This document shows positions 22,322-31,415 of a DNA stretch of 56,870 nucleotides, one piece after another (position 1 is the stretch's first letter; each line of letters starts with the position of its first letter). This DNA is from a virus. Taxonomy: Duplodnaviria > Heunggongvirae > Uroviricota > Caudoviricetes. The notes under the pieces were generated by a model. That model did not search any database. It was not told where the DNA came from and saw only the letters and a list, made by a program, of their open reading frames with translations. Made by a program: the position numbers and the translations under genes. The DNA lies in IMG/VR virus record IMGVR_UViG_2850796239_000009, one strand, 5' to 3'.

Positions 22322-24071
22322 AACTGGCACCGAACGTAAAACAGCAGTCACGCGGCATAAAACACAAAGGAACAGAAGTAATTATTTTTGCGGGTAGTGA
22401 TGCCTGGGCACACGCGAAACAATGGCAGGAACATGATGCGCGTATGGCCGGAGATAATGAGCCTCCTGTGTGGCTTGGGGAGCAGCAGCTATCCGAACTG
22501 GATAATCTGCAAATTGTGCCGGAAGGCCGAAAATCAGCACGCATATACAGGGCCGGATATCTTGCGCCTGTAATGATAAAGGCGATTGGTCAGAAGCTGG
22601 CGGCAGCAGGCGTACAGGATGCAAATTTTTATCCTGAGGGTATGCACGGCCAGGAGGTGCAGAACTGGCGCGAATATCTGGCCCGTGAACGCCAGAATCT
22701 TTCTGATGGTCTGGTCATTGAGCTTCCGGTAAAGCAAAAGGCGCAACTTTCGCAGATGGCGGACAGTGAGCGCGCGCAGTTGCTTGCCGATCGCTTTGAT
22801 GGCGTTTGCGTACATCCTGAAAGTGAAATCGTTCACGTATGGCGCGGCGGGGTATGGTGTCCGGTCAGCACAATGGAACTTAGCCGCGAAATGGTGGCGA
22901 TCTATTCAGAGCACAGGGCCACTTTCAGCAAGCGCGTAATCAATAACGCCGTGGAAGCGTTAAAAGTTATTGCCGAACCAATGGGCGAGCCGTCTGGCGA
23001 TTTGCTGCCGTTCGCCAATGGTGCGCTTGACCTGAAAACGGGGGAATTTTCCCCGCACACGCCGGAGAACTGGATCACCACGCACAACGGCATTGAGTAC
23101 ACGCCACCAGCACCAGGGGAGAACATCCGCGATAACGCGCCAAACTTTCATAAATGGCTTGAGCACGCAGCCGGAAAAGACCCGCGCAAGATGATGCGTA
23201 TATGTGCCGCGCTGTACATGATTATGGCGAACCGGTACGACTGGCAGATGTTTATTGAGGCCACCGGAGACGGCGGGAGCGGTAAAAGTACATTCACACA
23301 CATAGCCAGCCTTCTGGCAGGGAAACAGAACACGGTAAGCGCTGAAATGACATCGCTTGATGATGCTGGTGGACGTGCGCAGGTTGTCGGGAGTCGTCTT
23401 ATCGTCCTGGCTGACCAGCCGAAATATACAGGCGAAGGAACGGGCATCAAGAAAATCACAGGCGGCGACCCGTGGAAATTAACCCGAAATATGAAAAGCG
23501 TTTCACGGCGGTAATCAGGGCGGTGGTGCTGGCGACCAACAACAACCCGATGATATTCACCGAACGGGCCGGAGGTGTGGCACGTCGTCGCGTGATTTTC
23601 CGTTTCGACAATATCGTCAGTGAGGCCGAAAAAGACAGGGAGCTACCGGAAAAGATTGCGGCTGAAATCCCCGTTATTATCCGCCGATTGCTGGCGAACT
23701 TTACCGACCCTGAGAAGGCACGGGCTTTACTACTGGAACAGCGTGACGGTGATGAAGCACTGGCAATAAAGCAACAGACGGATCCGGTTATTGAGTTTTG
23801 CCAGTTCCTGAATTTTCTGGAGGAAGCGCGCGGCCTGATGATGGGTGGCGGTGGTGATTCAGTGAAGTACACGACCAGGAACAGCCTTTACCGCGTCTAT
23901 CTGGCGTTTATGGCATACGCGGGCAGGAGCAAACCGCTAAACGTGGCTGAGTTCAGCAAGGCCATGAAGCCAGCGGCGAAAGTTTACGGGCATGAATATA
24001 TTACGCGAAAAGTTAAGGGAGTAACGCAGACCAACGCAATTACAACAGACGATTGCGACGCGTTTTTATAA
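22318..24071 (+). pseudogene. Primase-helicase (pri-rep, D5/P4-alpha-like), frame broken near 23470
   Basis: Walker A GDGGSGKST; ...KITGGDP switches frame to VEINPKYEKRF...NNNP (helicase-like C-terminus); two ORFs 22318-23514 and 23472-24071. Confidence 0.7.
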
Positions 24072-24087
24072 TTTTTTGTAAAAGCCA

Positions 24088-24325
24088 TCTACCCCATCTA
24101 CCTGAACGAAATAAACGCATATTATTCAACATGATAAGTGGGTATAGGGCTAGGTAGAAGGCTAATAAAAGCTCTCTACCTCTTCTACCTGATTTTATCA
24201 GTTTCAGGTAGCAGGGTAGACGGCAGGTAGAGGAGTCAAAAAAGCTATCTACCCGCTGAAAGCGGCGCCATTACTGACATGATGAGCATTCGGGTAGATG
24301 GGTAGAGGGGGGAGGCACAACTAAA
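24088..24325 (+). repeat. Iteron cluster / putative satellite replication origin
   Basis: At least ten TCTACC/GGTAGA-type repeats in both orientations with AT-rich spacers, directly downstream of pri-rep. Confidence 0.5.
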
Positions 24326-24355
24326 AACTTTTTAAACGAGGGGGGGTGAAAATAA

Positions 24356-24670
24356 ATGCGCATACATAAAAATCACTTAACAAACATGCCAGCCGAAAAC
24401 ATGAATCAGGGGCGACAAATGACCAAAATTCGCAGAGACAGAACACAGGCAAAATATAAAGCGTTAGACATGACAGAGCTTTCCTTAAAGGTGGCAATCA
24501 AAGCGATAGACCACCACACACGGGCAGGATACGCGAAGGAACATCCCGACCTGATAAGCGCATTCATGACCACAGCAGCGGCAAACTTTGCCACGCTGAC
24601 AGAACGGGAGATTGCCGAAGCGGAACAGGTGACAACCATCAATGTTAAAACCGGAGAGCAGACAGCATGA
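24356..24670 (+). CDS. Hypothetical protein
   Basis: 104-aa ORF; no recognisable motif. Confidence 0.3.
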   Translation: MRIHKNHLTNMPAENMNQGRQMTKIRRDRTQAKYKALDMTELSLKVAIKAIDHHTRAGYAKEHPDLISAFMTTAAANFATLTEREIAEAEQVTTINVKTGEQTA

Positions 24671-25089
24671 CAGCACAGATAGCGGCTTACGGGCGGCTGG
24701 TGGCTGACCCGCAGTTAAAGACCACCAGCAAAGGGACACAAATGGCGATGGCGAGTATGGCGGTTCCCCTGCCGTGCAGCCAGGCAGATGACGGAACGGC
24801 GACGATGTGGTTATCCGTCCTGGCGTTTGGCAGACAGGCCGACGCACTGGCAAAACACCACAAAGGCGAACTGGTGAGCGTGGCGGGTAACATGCAGGTA
24901 AGCCAGTGGACAGGCCAGAACGGCGAAACGCGGCGGGGCTGGCAGGTTATCGCAGACAGCGTAATCAGTGCGCGAACGGCGCGACCGGGCGGCAAAAAAG
25001 GCCAGCAGGGGCAGGCCACTGACGCACTGAACAGGGCAAAACAACAGTCGGGGAATGATGATCCGTACGGCGATAATATACCGTTTTAA
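24667..25089 (+). CDS. SSB-like single-stranded DNA-binding protein
   Basis: 140-aa ORF with Gly/Gln-rich linker and acidic C-terminal tip DDPYGDNIPF resembling the SSB tail DDDIPF. Confidence 0.5.
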   Translation: MTAQIAAYGRLVADPQLKTTSKGTQMAMASMAVPLPCSQADDGTATMWLSVLAFGRQADALAKHHKGELVSVAGNMQVSQWTGQNGETRRGWQVIADSVISARTARPGGKKGQQGQATDALNRAKQQSGNDDPYGDNIPF

Positions 25090-25300
25090 ATTCTGCAAAC
25101 AAAAAGATGCCGGAAAAAAATAGATTTTCCGGCATGCTACATAAATCCCGACCAAAGGAAGTAAATACATTAACACGAATTATCAGCACTGAAGTTGTTA
25201 CGGCATATTTTATACAACATTGCACTTGGTTGCATGTGTTCGCATAGCAGACATCGGTAATAGAATATATTCACAATTATTTGTAATGAATGTAAAGAGG

Positions 25301-26347
25301 ATGAGTATGGTTGATTTATATTCGCCTACACAGCTTGTGCAGGTGGCTAATGCTGAAGATGTGCAAAAAAATTAAATGCGTTGTTTACCAGTTTGTTTTT
25401 CACTCGCTCGGTAATGTTTGAATCGAGAGACATTATTCTTGATACGATCGACGATCCAAATATCCCGATCGCGGCGTTTTGCTCTCCTATGGTGGGCAGT
25501 AAAGTTTCACGAGATGAGGGATACGAATCAAAAACAATTCGTCCAGGTTATATGAAGCCGAAAAGCAGCATTGATCCAAATAAGTTAGCTGTGCAGCCCT
25601 GCTGGTGTGTCACCTGAGCAATACAATGCTTTTGGGGCGCGTAATATTAAAGTTAAACAGGCGATTGTAAATCAGGCTAAAGCTATTCGTGCACGTATTG
25701 AATGGCTTGCTGTTCAGGCAATCACAACGGGGAAAAATATCATTGAGGGCGATGGTATTGAACGTTATGAGCTGGACTGGAATATAAAACCACAAAATAT
25801 CATCACTCAGTCTGGCGGTACTGAGTGGTCAGGTAAGGATAAAGAAACTTTTGATCCAAATGATGATATTGAGAGCTACGCAGAATTTAGTGAGGGCGTC
25901 ACTAATATCATCATTATGGGTGGTAATGTATGGAAGAAATACCGTTCATTCAGAGCGATAAAAGAGGCTTTGGATACCCGTCGTGGTTCTAATTCCGAAC
26001 TGGAAACGGCCCTTAAAGACCTTGGTGATTCGGTGAGTTTTAAAGGGTATATGGGCGATGTTGCGATTGTTGTTTACAGCGGGCGTTATACCGACGAGGA
26101 CGGAACAGAAAAACATTTCCTTGATCCTGATTTGATGGTGCTTGGCAATACGGCTCTTCAGGGGATTGTCGCCTATGGCGGTATTCAGGATCCGGAGCTA
26201 ATCCGAATGGGGCTGACTAAAGCCGAACTTGCACCGAAAAACTATATTGTGCCTGGTGATCCGGCTATTGAATATGTGCAGACACATTCAGCACCACAGC
26301 CAATACCGGCCCGCATCAATCGTTTTGTTACCGTTCGCATTGGCTAA
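25301..26347 (+). pseudogene. Major capsid protein paralog (lambda gpE-like) encoded by the satellite; two homopolymer frame breaks
   Basis: MSMVDLYSPTQLVQVANAEDVQK (compare gpE MSMYTTAQLLAANEQKF), then ...ITQSGGTEWS...DTRRGSNSELETALKDLG...GDVAIVVYSG... alignable with the helper gpE at 31416-32441; breaks at the A7 run 25365-25371 and CCC at 25597-25599. Confidence 0.75.
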
Positions 26348-26356
26348 GGGGGAGCA

Positions 26357-26698
26357 ATGGCTACTCATTACACTGAACTCATGGCTGGCACTGAAGCACT
26401 GGTGACTACGCTGGGGATATTTTCAGCTAATAAAGGGGTAATTCCTGCATTTACGCCACTGATGCAGGAAGATGCAACAGGTGCACTGGTGGTATGGGAT
26501 GGTTCGAGCGTAGGTAAAGCGGTTTATGTTTCCGCTGTACAAATCGACACCGCGAAAAAAACACAGGCTCAGGTCTATAAGACAGGTGTCTTAAATGTTG
26601 ATGCTCTGAACTGGCCTGAGTCTGTTAAAGAACTGTCAGTAAAGGTTGCAGCGTTTGTTGGCTCAGGTATTTCTGTTCAGCCGCTGGCTCGTGTGTAA
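26357..26698 (+). CDS. Head decoration protein paralog (lambda gpD-like) encoded by the satellite
   Basis: 113-aa ORF with ...AFTPLMQEDATGALVVWDGSSVGKAVYVSAVQID... alignable with helper gpD (...[35 protein letters not shown]...). Confidence 0.7.
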   Translation: MATHYTELMAGTEALVTTLGIFSANKGVIPAFTPLMQEDATGALVVWDGSSVGKAVYVSAVQIDTAKKTQAQVYKTGVLNVDALNWPESVKELSVKVAAFVGSGISVQPLARV

Positions 26699-26709
26699 AG
26701 GGGGATACA

Positions 26710-27093
26710 ATGCAGAATGATTACAATGACCTTAAGCCAATTGCCGAAATGATGTACCCGAATCCAGCTGTAGAGGAATTAAAAGCTATCGCTGACAAAA
26801 TGTGTTTAAGCGAGCGCCTTGTTGATATGAATCAGGTGATGGAAATTACAACCCTGAGTCGTCGTACACTGCTAAACCTTGAGGCTAGTGGAGAGTTCCC
26901 GGAGCGTGTGCAGGTTACGGAAGGGCGTAAGGCCTGGTATTTAAGTGAAGTGATCGACTGGATAAATAATATTCCTCGCGCTTCTGAATATTGCCGCGTA
27001 CCTGTCCCAAAAAAGCCAGATGCGGCGCTATGCCTCAAGATTGAGCGTGTACGCCGCAATGCACGGGATGGTCGCTATAAGCTGATTGGTTGA
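26710..27093 (+). CDS. AlpA-like HTH DNA-binding protein
   Basis: 127-aa ORF with ...MEITTLSRRTLLNLEASGEFPERVQVTEGRKAWYLSEVIDWINN, a MerR/AlpA-like HTH pattern. Confidence 0.45.
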   Translation: MQNDYNDLKPIAEMMYPNPAVEELKAIADKMCLSERLVDMNQVMEITTLSRRTLLNLEASGEFPERVQVTEGRKAWYLSEVIDWINNIPRASEYCRVPVPKKPDAALCLKIERVRRNARDGRYKLIG

Positions 27094-27149
27094 TGAAATT
27101 AGGGCCCGCTCTGGCTGGCGGGTCCTTTCCGGTGATCCGGTAGGCTACG

Positions 27150-27161
27150 GGGCGGCGACCT
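27150..27161 (+). other. Satellite cos site (cosN GGGCGGCGACCT, helper-like cosQ, divergent cosB)
   Basis: GGGTCCTTTCCGGTGATCCGGTAGGCTACGGGGCGGCGACCTCGCGGGTTTTCGCTATTTATGA matches the helper cos at 12131-12195 almost base for base, then diverges. Confidence 0.75.
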
Positions 27162-27282
27162 CGCGGGTTTTCGCTATTTATGAGCCTTTTTCGGGTGCTG
27201 GTGGTGGTTTTGTTGTTCGCTCTATCTCTATGAATAAAAAGGAAAAGATAAAGCCAATACACCAACCTGAAACATTACTTAA

Positions 27283-27837
27283 GTGGGGATATTGATGAAA
27301 TCGCACCTGATGAACAAAAAAAACATGGCGCAAAGCTGCCGTGTAAGTGCGACAGCGTTCGACAAGTGGGGAGTGACTCCCGTTGAACGTAAAGGCCGCG
27401 AGGCGTTTTATGATGTTGCCAGCGTAATAGACAATCGGGTTAGCAATGCAATTAACCAGATTACAGACGACAAAGGCGAGATTGATGATGATGAACTCCT
27501 ACGAGTCAGGATCAGATTGCTGACAGCACAGGCAGAGGCGCAGGAGCTTAAAAACGAGCGCGAACGCGGCGACGTTATTGATACAGCGTTTTGTATATAC
27601 GTGCTTTCAAAATTGGCGAGTCAGATTTCTTCAATCATGGACAGCCTGCCGCTTGCCATGACAAGGAAGTTTCCCGACATGAAGCCGTCTATGCTGGATG
27701 GACTGAAAAAAGAAGTTATCAGAGCCTGTAACGCATGCGCAAAACTTGACGAAAACATACCGCTGATGCTGTCCGATTATCTGATGGAAACTGCCGGAAA
27801 CGTACCGGATAAGTTGCAGCCGAATAAAGATAAGTAA
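27283..27837 (+). CDS. Satellite terminase small subunit (Nu1-like; divergent N-terminal domain)
   Basis: C-terminal part ...LTAQAEAQELKNERERGDVIDTAFCIYVLSKLASQISSIMDSLPL... parallels Nu1 ...[46 protein letters not shown]...; true start may be Met-10 (27310). Confidence 0.7.
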   Translation: MGILMKSHLMNKKNMAQSCRVSATAFDKWGVTPVERKGREAFYDVASVIDNRVSNAINQITDDKGEIDDDELLRVRIRLLTAQAEAQELKNERERGDVIDTAFCIYVLSKLASQISSIMDSLPLAMTRKFPDMKPSMLDGLKKEVIRACNACAKLDENIPLMLSDYLMETAGNVPDKLQPNKDK

Positions 27838-27848
27838 CGTAGTACGCT

Positions 27849-28130
27849 ATGACTGAATCCGAAATACTGCGATTAATCCGCCGTGCTTGTGGAATCAGCA
27901 AGCAGCATGACGAACAGGCCACGCAGCCGGACAGCGTGACCGCAGATAATTATGTGCGTGTAGTGGCTGAGGTGATGCGCCGTGACGGTATTGAGCTTAA
28001 CGGCGTGGATATGCGCAACATACGAACAAGAGTCCTTGAGTTGCTGGCATATCGTCGCCGTTCTCAACAACGGAGGGAGAGCGCGAAAAATACTTACCAG
28101 TGGAAGAAGCCGGAACGATTGCGGCGGTAA
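27849..28130 (+). CDS. Hypothetical protein
   Basis: 93-aa basic ORF after terS. Confidence 0.3.
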   Translation: MTESEILRLIRRACGISKQHDEQATQPDSVTADNYVRVVAEVMRRDGIELNGVDMRNIRTRVLELLAYRRRSQQRRESAKNTYQWKKPERLRR

Positions 28131-28560
28131 CTTGCTGATATTCCCGATAACGCAAAATTGCGCTGGCTGACTTGTTGCATTGCAAAAAGTTAAGCAGGAA
28201 GGCACGGCCTGTAAGATGGGATGCAGTAAGTAGTTCAAGGCTACCTTGTGCTGGCACGCACAGTTAAGCCGTCGGTGCTGGATATCCCCCACTGGGGAAA
28301 AGCTGGCTACATCCCTCACATCTGAGGACTGATAACGCGACATTGCGCTGGCTGGCAAAGTGCAAAATTGCACGATGGCCTAACCCATTGATTATTTCGA
28401 AAACCTGCAATGCAGGAAATCGGGGAAGTAAGCCTAAGCTATTGATTGTTTCGAAAACCCCCATTGGGGGATGTCGGGAAAGTAAGACTAACCCATTGAT
28501 TCTTCCACAATCCTCAATTTGAGGAGGCCGGAACGTCTACATAGCTGCATCGCCGTAATG
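28130..28560 (+). repeat. Array of direct repeats each containing a different perfect palindrome (covarying stems)
   Basis: Three tandem ~54-bp units (28383-28545) share ATTGATTnTTyC...TCGGGrAAGTAAG and hold CCTGCA-A-TGCAGG, CCCCCA-T-TGGGGG, CCTCAA-T-TTGAGG; related pair GATAACGCnAnATTGCGCTGGCTG at 28146 and 28331 with CGCAA-AA-TTGCG, TTGCA-T-TGCAA, GTGCAA-AA-TTGCAC. Confidence 0.6.
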
Positions 28561-28843
28561 ATGATTCAGCCCACCAGCCAAATCAGCACAGCAACGACAG
28601 AATAGCCCGACACAGAAAAACCACGAATATGGGGTTTTTGTTATGACATGGTCATGATGACCACTCATACAAAACAGGTAAAGCCCACCAGCCTGATTAA
28701 AGGTTAACCGGAAAAAAGCCAGGTATCCAATCTCGATATGGGGATCCCTATATCGACATTAACGCCCACTAAAACTGTGCATATATGCATAGAAAAAGCA
28801 TCCACCAGCTTTATGACGGATGCCGCTCATCTTATAAATAATC

Positions 28844-28866
28844 GTGTATTGCAGTGTGTATTGCGA
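28844..28866 (+). repeat. Two GTGTATTGC repeats next to attR (arm-type-like)
   Basis: CGTGTATTGCAGTGTGTATTGCGA, related to the TGTGTATTGCAA repeats at attL. Confidence 0.4.
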
Positions 28867-28946
28867 CTCCTTTAAACGATAGGTCTGAGCATTCGTAATG
28901 TACTGTTTTTAAATTTTATTTTTTCCTGTCTTTTCATAAAGGCGAT

Positions 28947-29718
28947 GTATGCCGCCACCATTGAGAGTGAGCTGGATACGCAGTCAGCGATGGATTTTAT
29001 TCTGGGCGCGAACAGTAAGGAGCAGCGGGACAAGCTGACCGGCTGGATTGGTGAAATTGCCGCGTATTACGCCGCAGCACCGGTCCGTCTGGGAGGCGCA
29101 AAAGTGCCGCACCTGATGCCGGGGGACTCACTGAACCTGCAGACGGCTCAGGACACGGATAACGGCTACTCCGTGTTTGAGCAGTCACTGTTGCGGTATA
29201 TCGCTGCCGGGCTGGGTGTCTCGTATGAGCAGCTTTCCCGGAATTACGCCCAGATGAGCTACTCCACGGCACGGGCCAGTGCGAACGAGTCGTGGGCGTA
29301 CTTTATGGGGCGGCGAAAATTCGTCGCATCCCGTCAGGCGAGCCAGATGTTTCTGTGCTGGCTGGAAGAGGCCATCGTTCGCCGCGTGGTGACGTTACCT
29401 TCAAAAGCGCGTTTCAGCTTTCAGGAAGCCCGCAGCGCCTGGGGGAACTGTGACTGGATAGGCTCCGGTCGTATGGCCATCGATGGTCTGAAAGAAGTAC
29501 AGGAAGCGGTGATGCTGATAGAAGCCGGACTGAGTACCTACGAGAAAGAGTGCGCAAAACGCGGTGACGACTATCAAGAAATTTTTGCCCAGCAGGTCCG
29601 TGAAACGATGGAGCGCCGTGCAGCCGGTCTTAAACCGCCCGCCTGGGCGGCTGCGGCATTTGAATCCGGACTGCGACAATCAACAGAGGAGGAGAAGAGT
29701 GACAGCAGAGCTGCGTAA
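28947..29718 (+). pseudogene. B: Portal protein gpB, C-terminal fragment
   Basis: MYAATIESELDTQSAMDFILGANSKEQRDKLTGW...LRQSTEEEKSDSRAA matches recalled gpB residues ~284-533; resumes exactly where 16327-17133 stops. Confidence 0.85.
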
Positions 29719-31018
29719 TCTCCCGCATATTGCCAGCATGGCTTTTAATGAGCCGCTGATGCTTGAACCCGCCTATGCGCGGGTTTTCTTTTGTGCGCTT
29801 GCAGGCCAGCTTGGGATCAGCCGCCTGACGGATGCGGTGTCCGGTGACAGCCTGACTGCCGGAGAGGCACCCGCGACGCTGGCGTTATCCGTTAATGATG
29901 ACGGACCACGACAGGCCCGCAGTTATCAGGTCATGAACGGCATCGCCGTGCTGCCGGTTTCCGGCACGCTGGTCAGCCGGACGCGGGCGCTGCAGCCGTA
30001 TTCGGGGATGACCGGTTACAACGGCATTATCGCCCGTCTGCAACAGGCTGCCAGCGACCCGATGGTGGACGGCATTCTGCTGGATATGGACACGCCCGGC
30101 GGAATGGTGGCAGGGGCATTTGACTGCGCTGACATCATCGCCCGTGTGCGTGACATAAAGCCGGTATGGGCGCTGGCCAATGACATGAACTGCAGCGCAG
30201 GTCAGCTGCTTGCCAGTGCCGCCTCCCGGCGTCTGGTCACGCAGACCGCCCGGACAGGCTCCATCGGCGTCATGATGGCTCACAGTAATTACGGTGCTGC
30301 GCTGGAGAAACAGGGCGTGGAAATCACGCTGATTTACAGCGGCAGCCATAAGGTGGATGGCAACCCCTACAGCCATCTACCGGATGATGTCCGGGAAACA
30401 CTGCAGTCCCGGATGGATGCAACCCGCCGGATGTTTGCACAGAAGGTGTCGGCATATACCGGCCTGTCCGTGCAGGCTGTGCTGGATACCGAGGCTGCAG
30501 TGTACAGCGGTCAGGAGGCCATTGATGCCGGACTGGCTGATGAACTTGTTAACAGTACCGATGCGATCACCGTCATGCGTGATGCACTGGATGCACGTAA
30601 ATCCCGTCTCTCAGGAGGGCGAATGACCAAAGAGACTCAATCAACAACTGTTTCAGCCACTGCTTCGCAGGCTGACGTTACTGGCGTGGTGCAAGCGACG
30701 GAGGGCGAGAACGCCAGCGCTGCGCAGCCGGACGTGAACGCGCAGATCACCGCAGCGGTTGCGGCAGAAAACAGTCGCATTATGGGGATCCTCAACTGTG
30801 AGGAGGCTCACGGACGCGAAGAACAGGCACGCGTGCTGGCCGAAACCCCTGGTATGACCGTGGAAACGGCCCGCCGCATTCTGGCAGCTGCACCACAGAG
30901 TGCACAGGCGCGCAGTGACACTGCGCTGGATCGTCTGATGCAGGGGGCACCGGCACCGCTGGCTGCAGGTAACCCGGCATCTGATGCCGTTAACGATTTG
31001 CTGAACACACCAGTGTAA
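29699..31018 (+). CDS. C: Minor capsid protein C / prohead protease (with nested scaffold Nu3 frame)
   Basis: GTG start; (M)TAELRNLPHIASMAFNEPLMLEPAYARVFF...DLLNTPV, 439 aa, matches recalled lambda gpC. Confidence 0.9.
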   Translation: MTAELRNLPHIASMAFNEPLMLEPAYARVFFCALAGQLGISRLTDAVSGDSLTAGEAPATLALSVNDDGPRQARSYQVMNGIAVLPVSGTLVSRTRALQPYSGMTGYNGIIARLQQAASDPMVDGILLDMDTPGGMVAGAFDCADIIARVRDIKPVWALANDMNCSAGQLLASAASRRLVTQTARTGSIGVMMAHSNYGAALEKQGVEITLIYSGSHKVDGNPYSHLPDDVRETLQSRMDATRRMFAQKVSAYTGLSVQAVLDTEAAVYSGQEAIDAGLADELVNSTDAITVMRDALDARKSRLSGGRMTKETQSTTVSATASQADVTGVVQATEGENASAAQPDVNAQITAAVAAENSRIMGILNCEEAHGREEQARVLAETPGMTVETARRILAAAPQSAQARSDTALDRLMQGAPAPLAAGNPASDAVNDLLNTPV

Positions 31019-31027
31019 GGGATGTTT

Positions 31028-31360
31028 ATGACGAGCAAAGAAACCTTTACCCATTACCAGCCGCTGGGCAACAGTGACCCGGCTCATACCGCAACCGCGC
31101 CCGGCGGATTGAGTGCGAAAGCGCCTGCAATGACCCCGCTGATGCCGGACACCTCCACCCGTAAGCTGGTTGCGTGGGATGGCACCACCGACGGTGCTGC
31201 CGTTGGCATTCTTGCGGTTGCTGCTGACCAGACCAGCACCACGCTGACGTTCTACAAGTCCGGCACGTTCCGTTATGAGGATGTGCTCTGGCCGGAGGCT
31301 GCCAGCGATGAGACGAAAAAACGGACCGCGTTTGCCGGAACGGCAATCAGCATCCTTTAA
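31028..31360 (+). CDS. D: Head decoration protein gpD
   Basis: [27 protein letters not shown]...; followed by a GCCGCCTGTGCGGC hairpin. Confidence 0.9.
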   Translation: MTSKETFTHYQPLGNSDPAHTATAPGGLSAKAPAMTPLMPDTSTRKLVAWDGTTDGAAVGILAVAADQTSTTLTFYKSGTFRYEDVLWPEAASDETKKRTAFAGTAISIL

Positions 31361-31415
31361 CCTTACCCTTCATCACTAAAGGCCGCCTGTGCGGCTTTTT
31401 TTACGGGATTTTTTT

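Larger units (their letters stand above)
17134..28946 (+). mobile_element. Integrative satellite-like element (PICI/P4-scale, ~11.8 kb including a nested IS5-family copy) inserted in portal gene B
   Basis: Flanked by contiguous gpB sequence and 8-bp AAGGCGAT cores (17126-17133, 28939-28946); carries int, alpA, BRO-N, pri-rep, iteron ori, SSB-like, capsid and decoration paralogs, cos, terS. Confidence 0.7.

Noticed and set aside
28383-28545. Possible CRISPR array (regularly spaced repeats with palindromes)
   Set aside because: Only three units; the palindromic part varies while the flanks are conserved (the opposite of repeat/spacer organisation); spacing and length are not CRISPR-like; no cas genes in the window.
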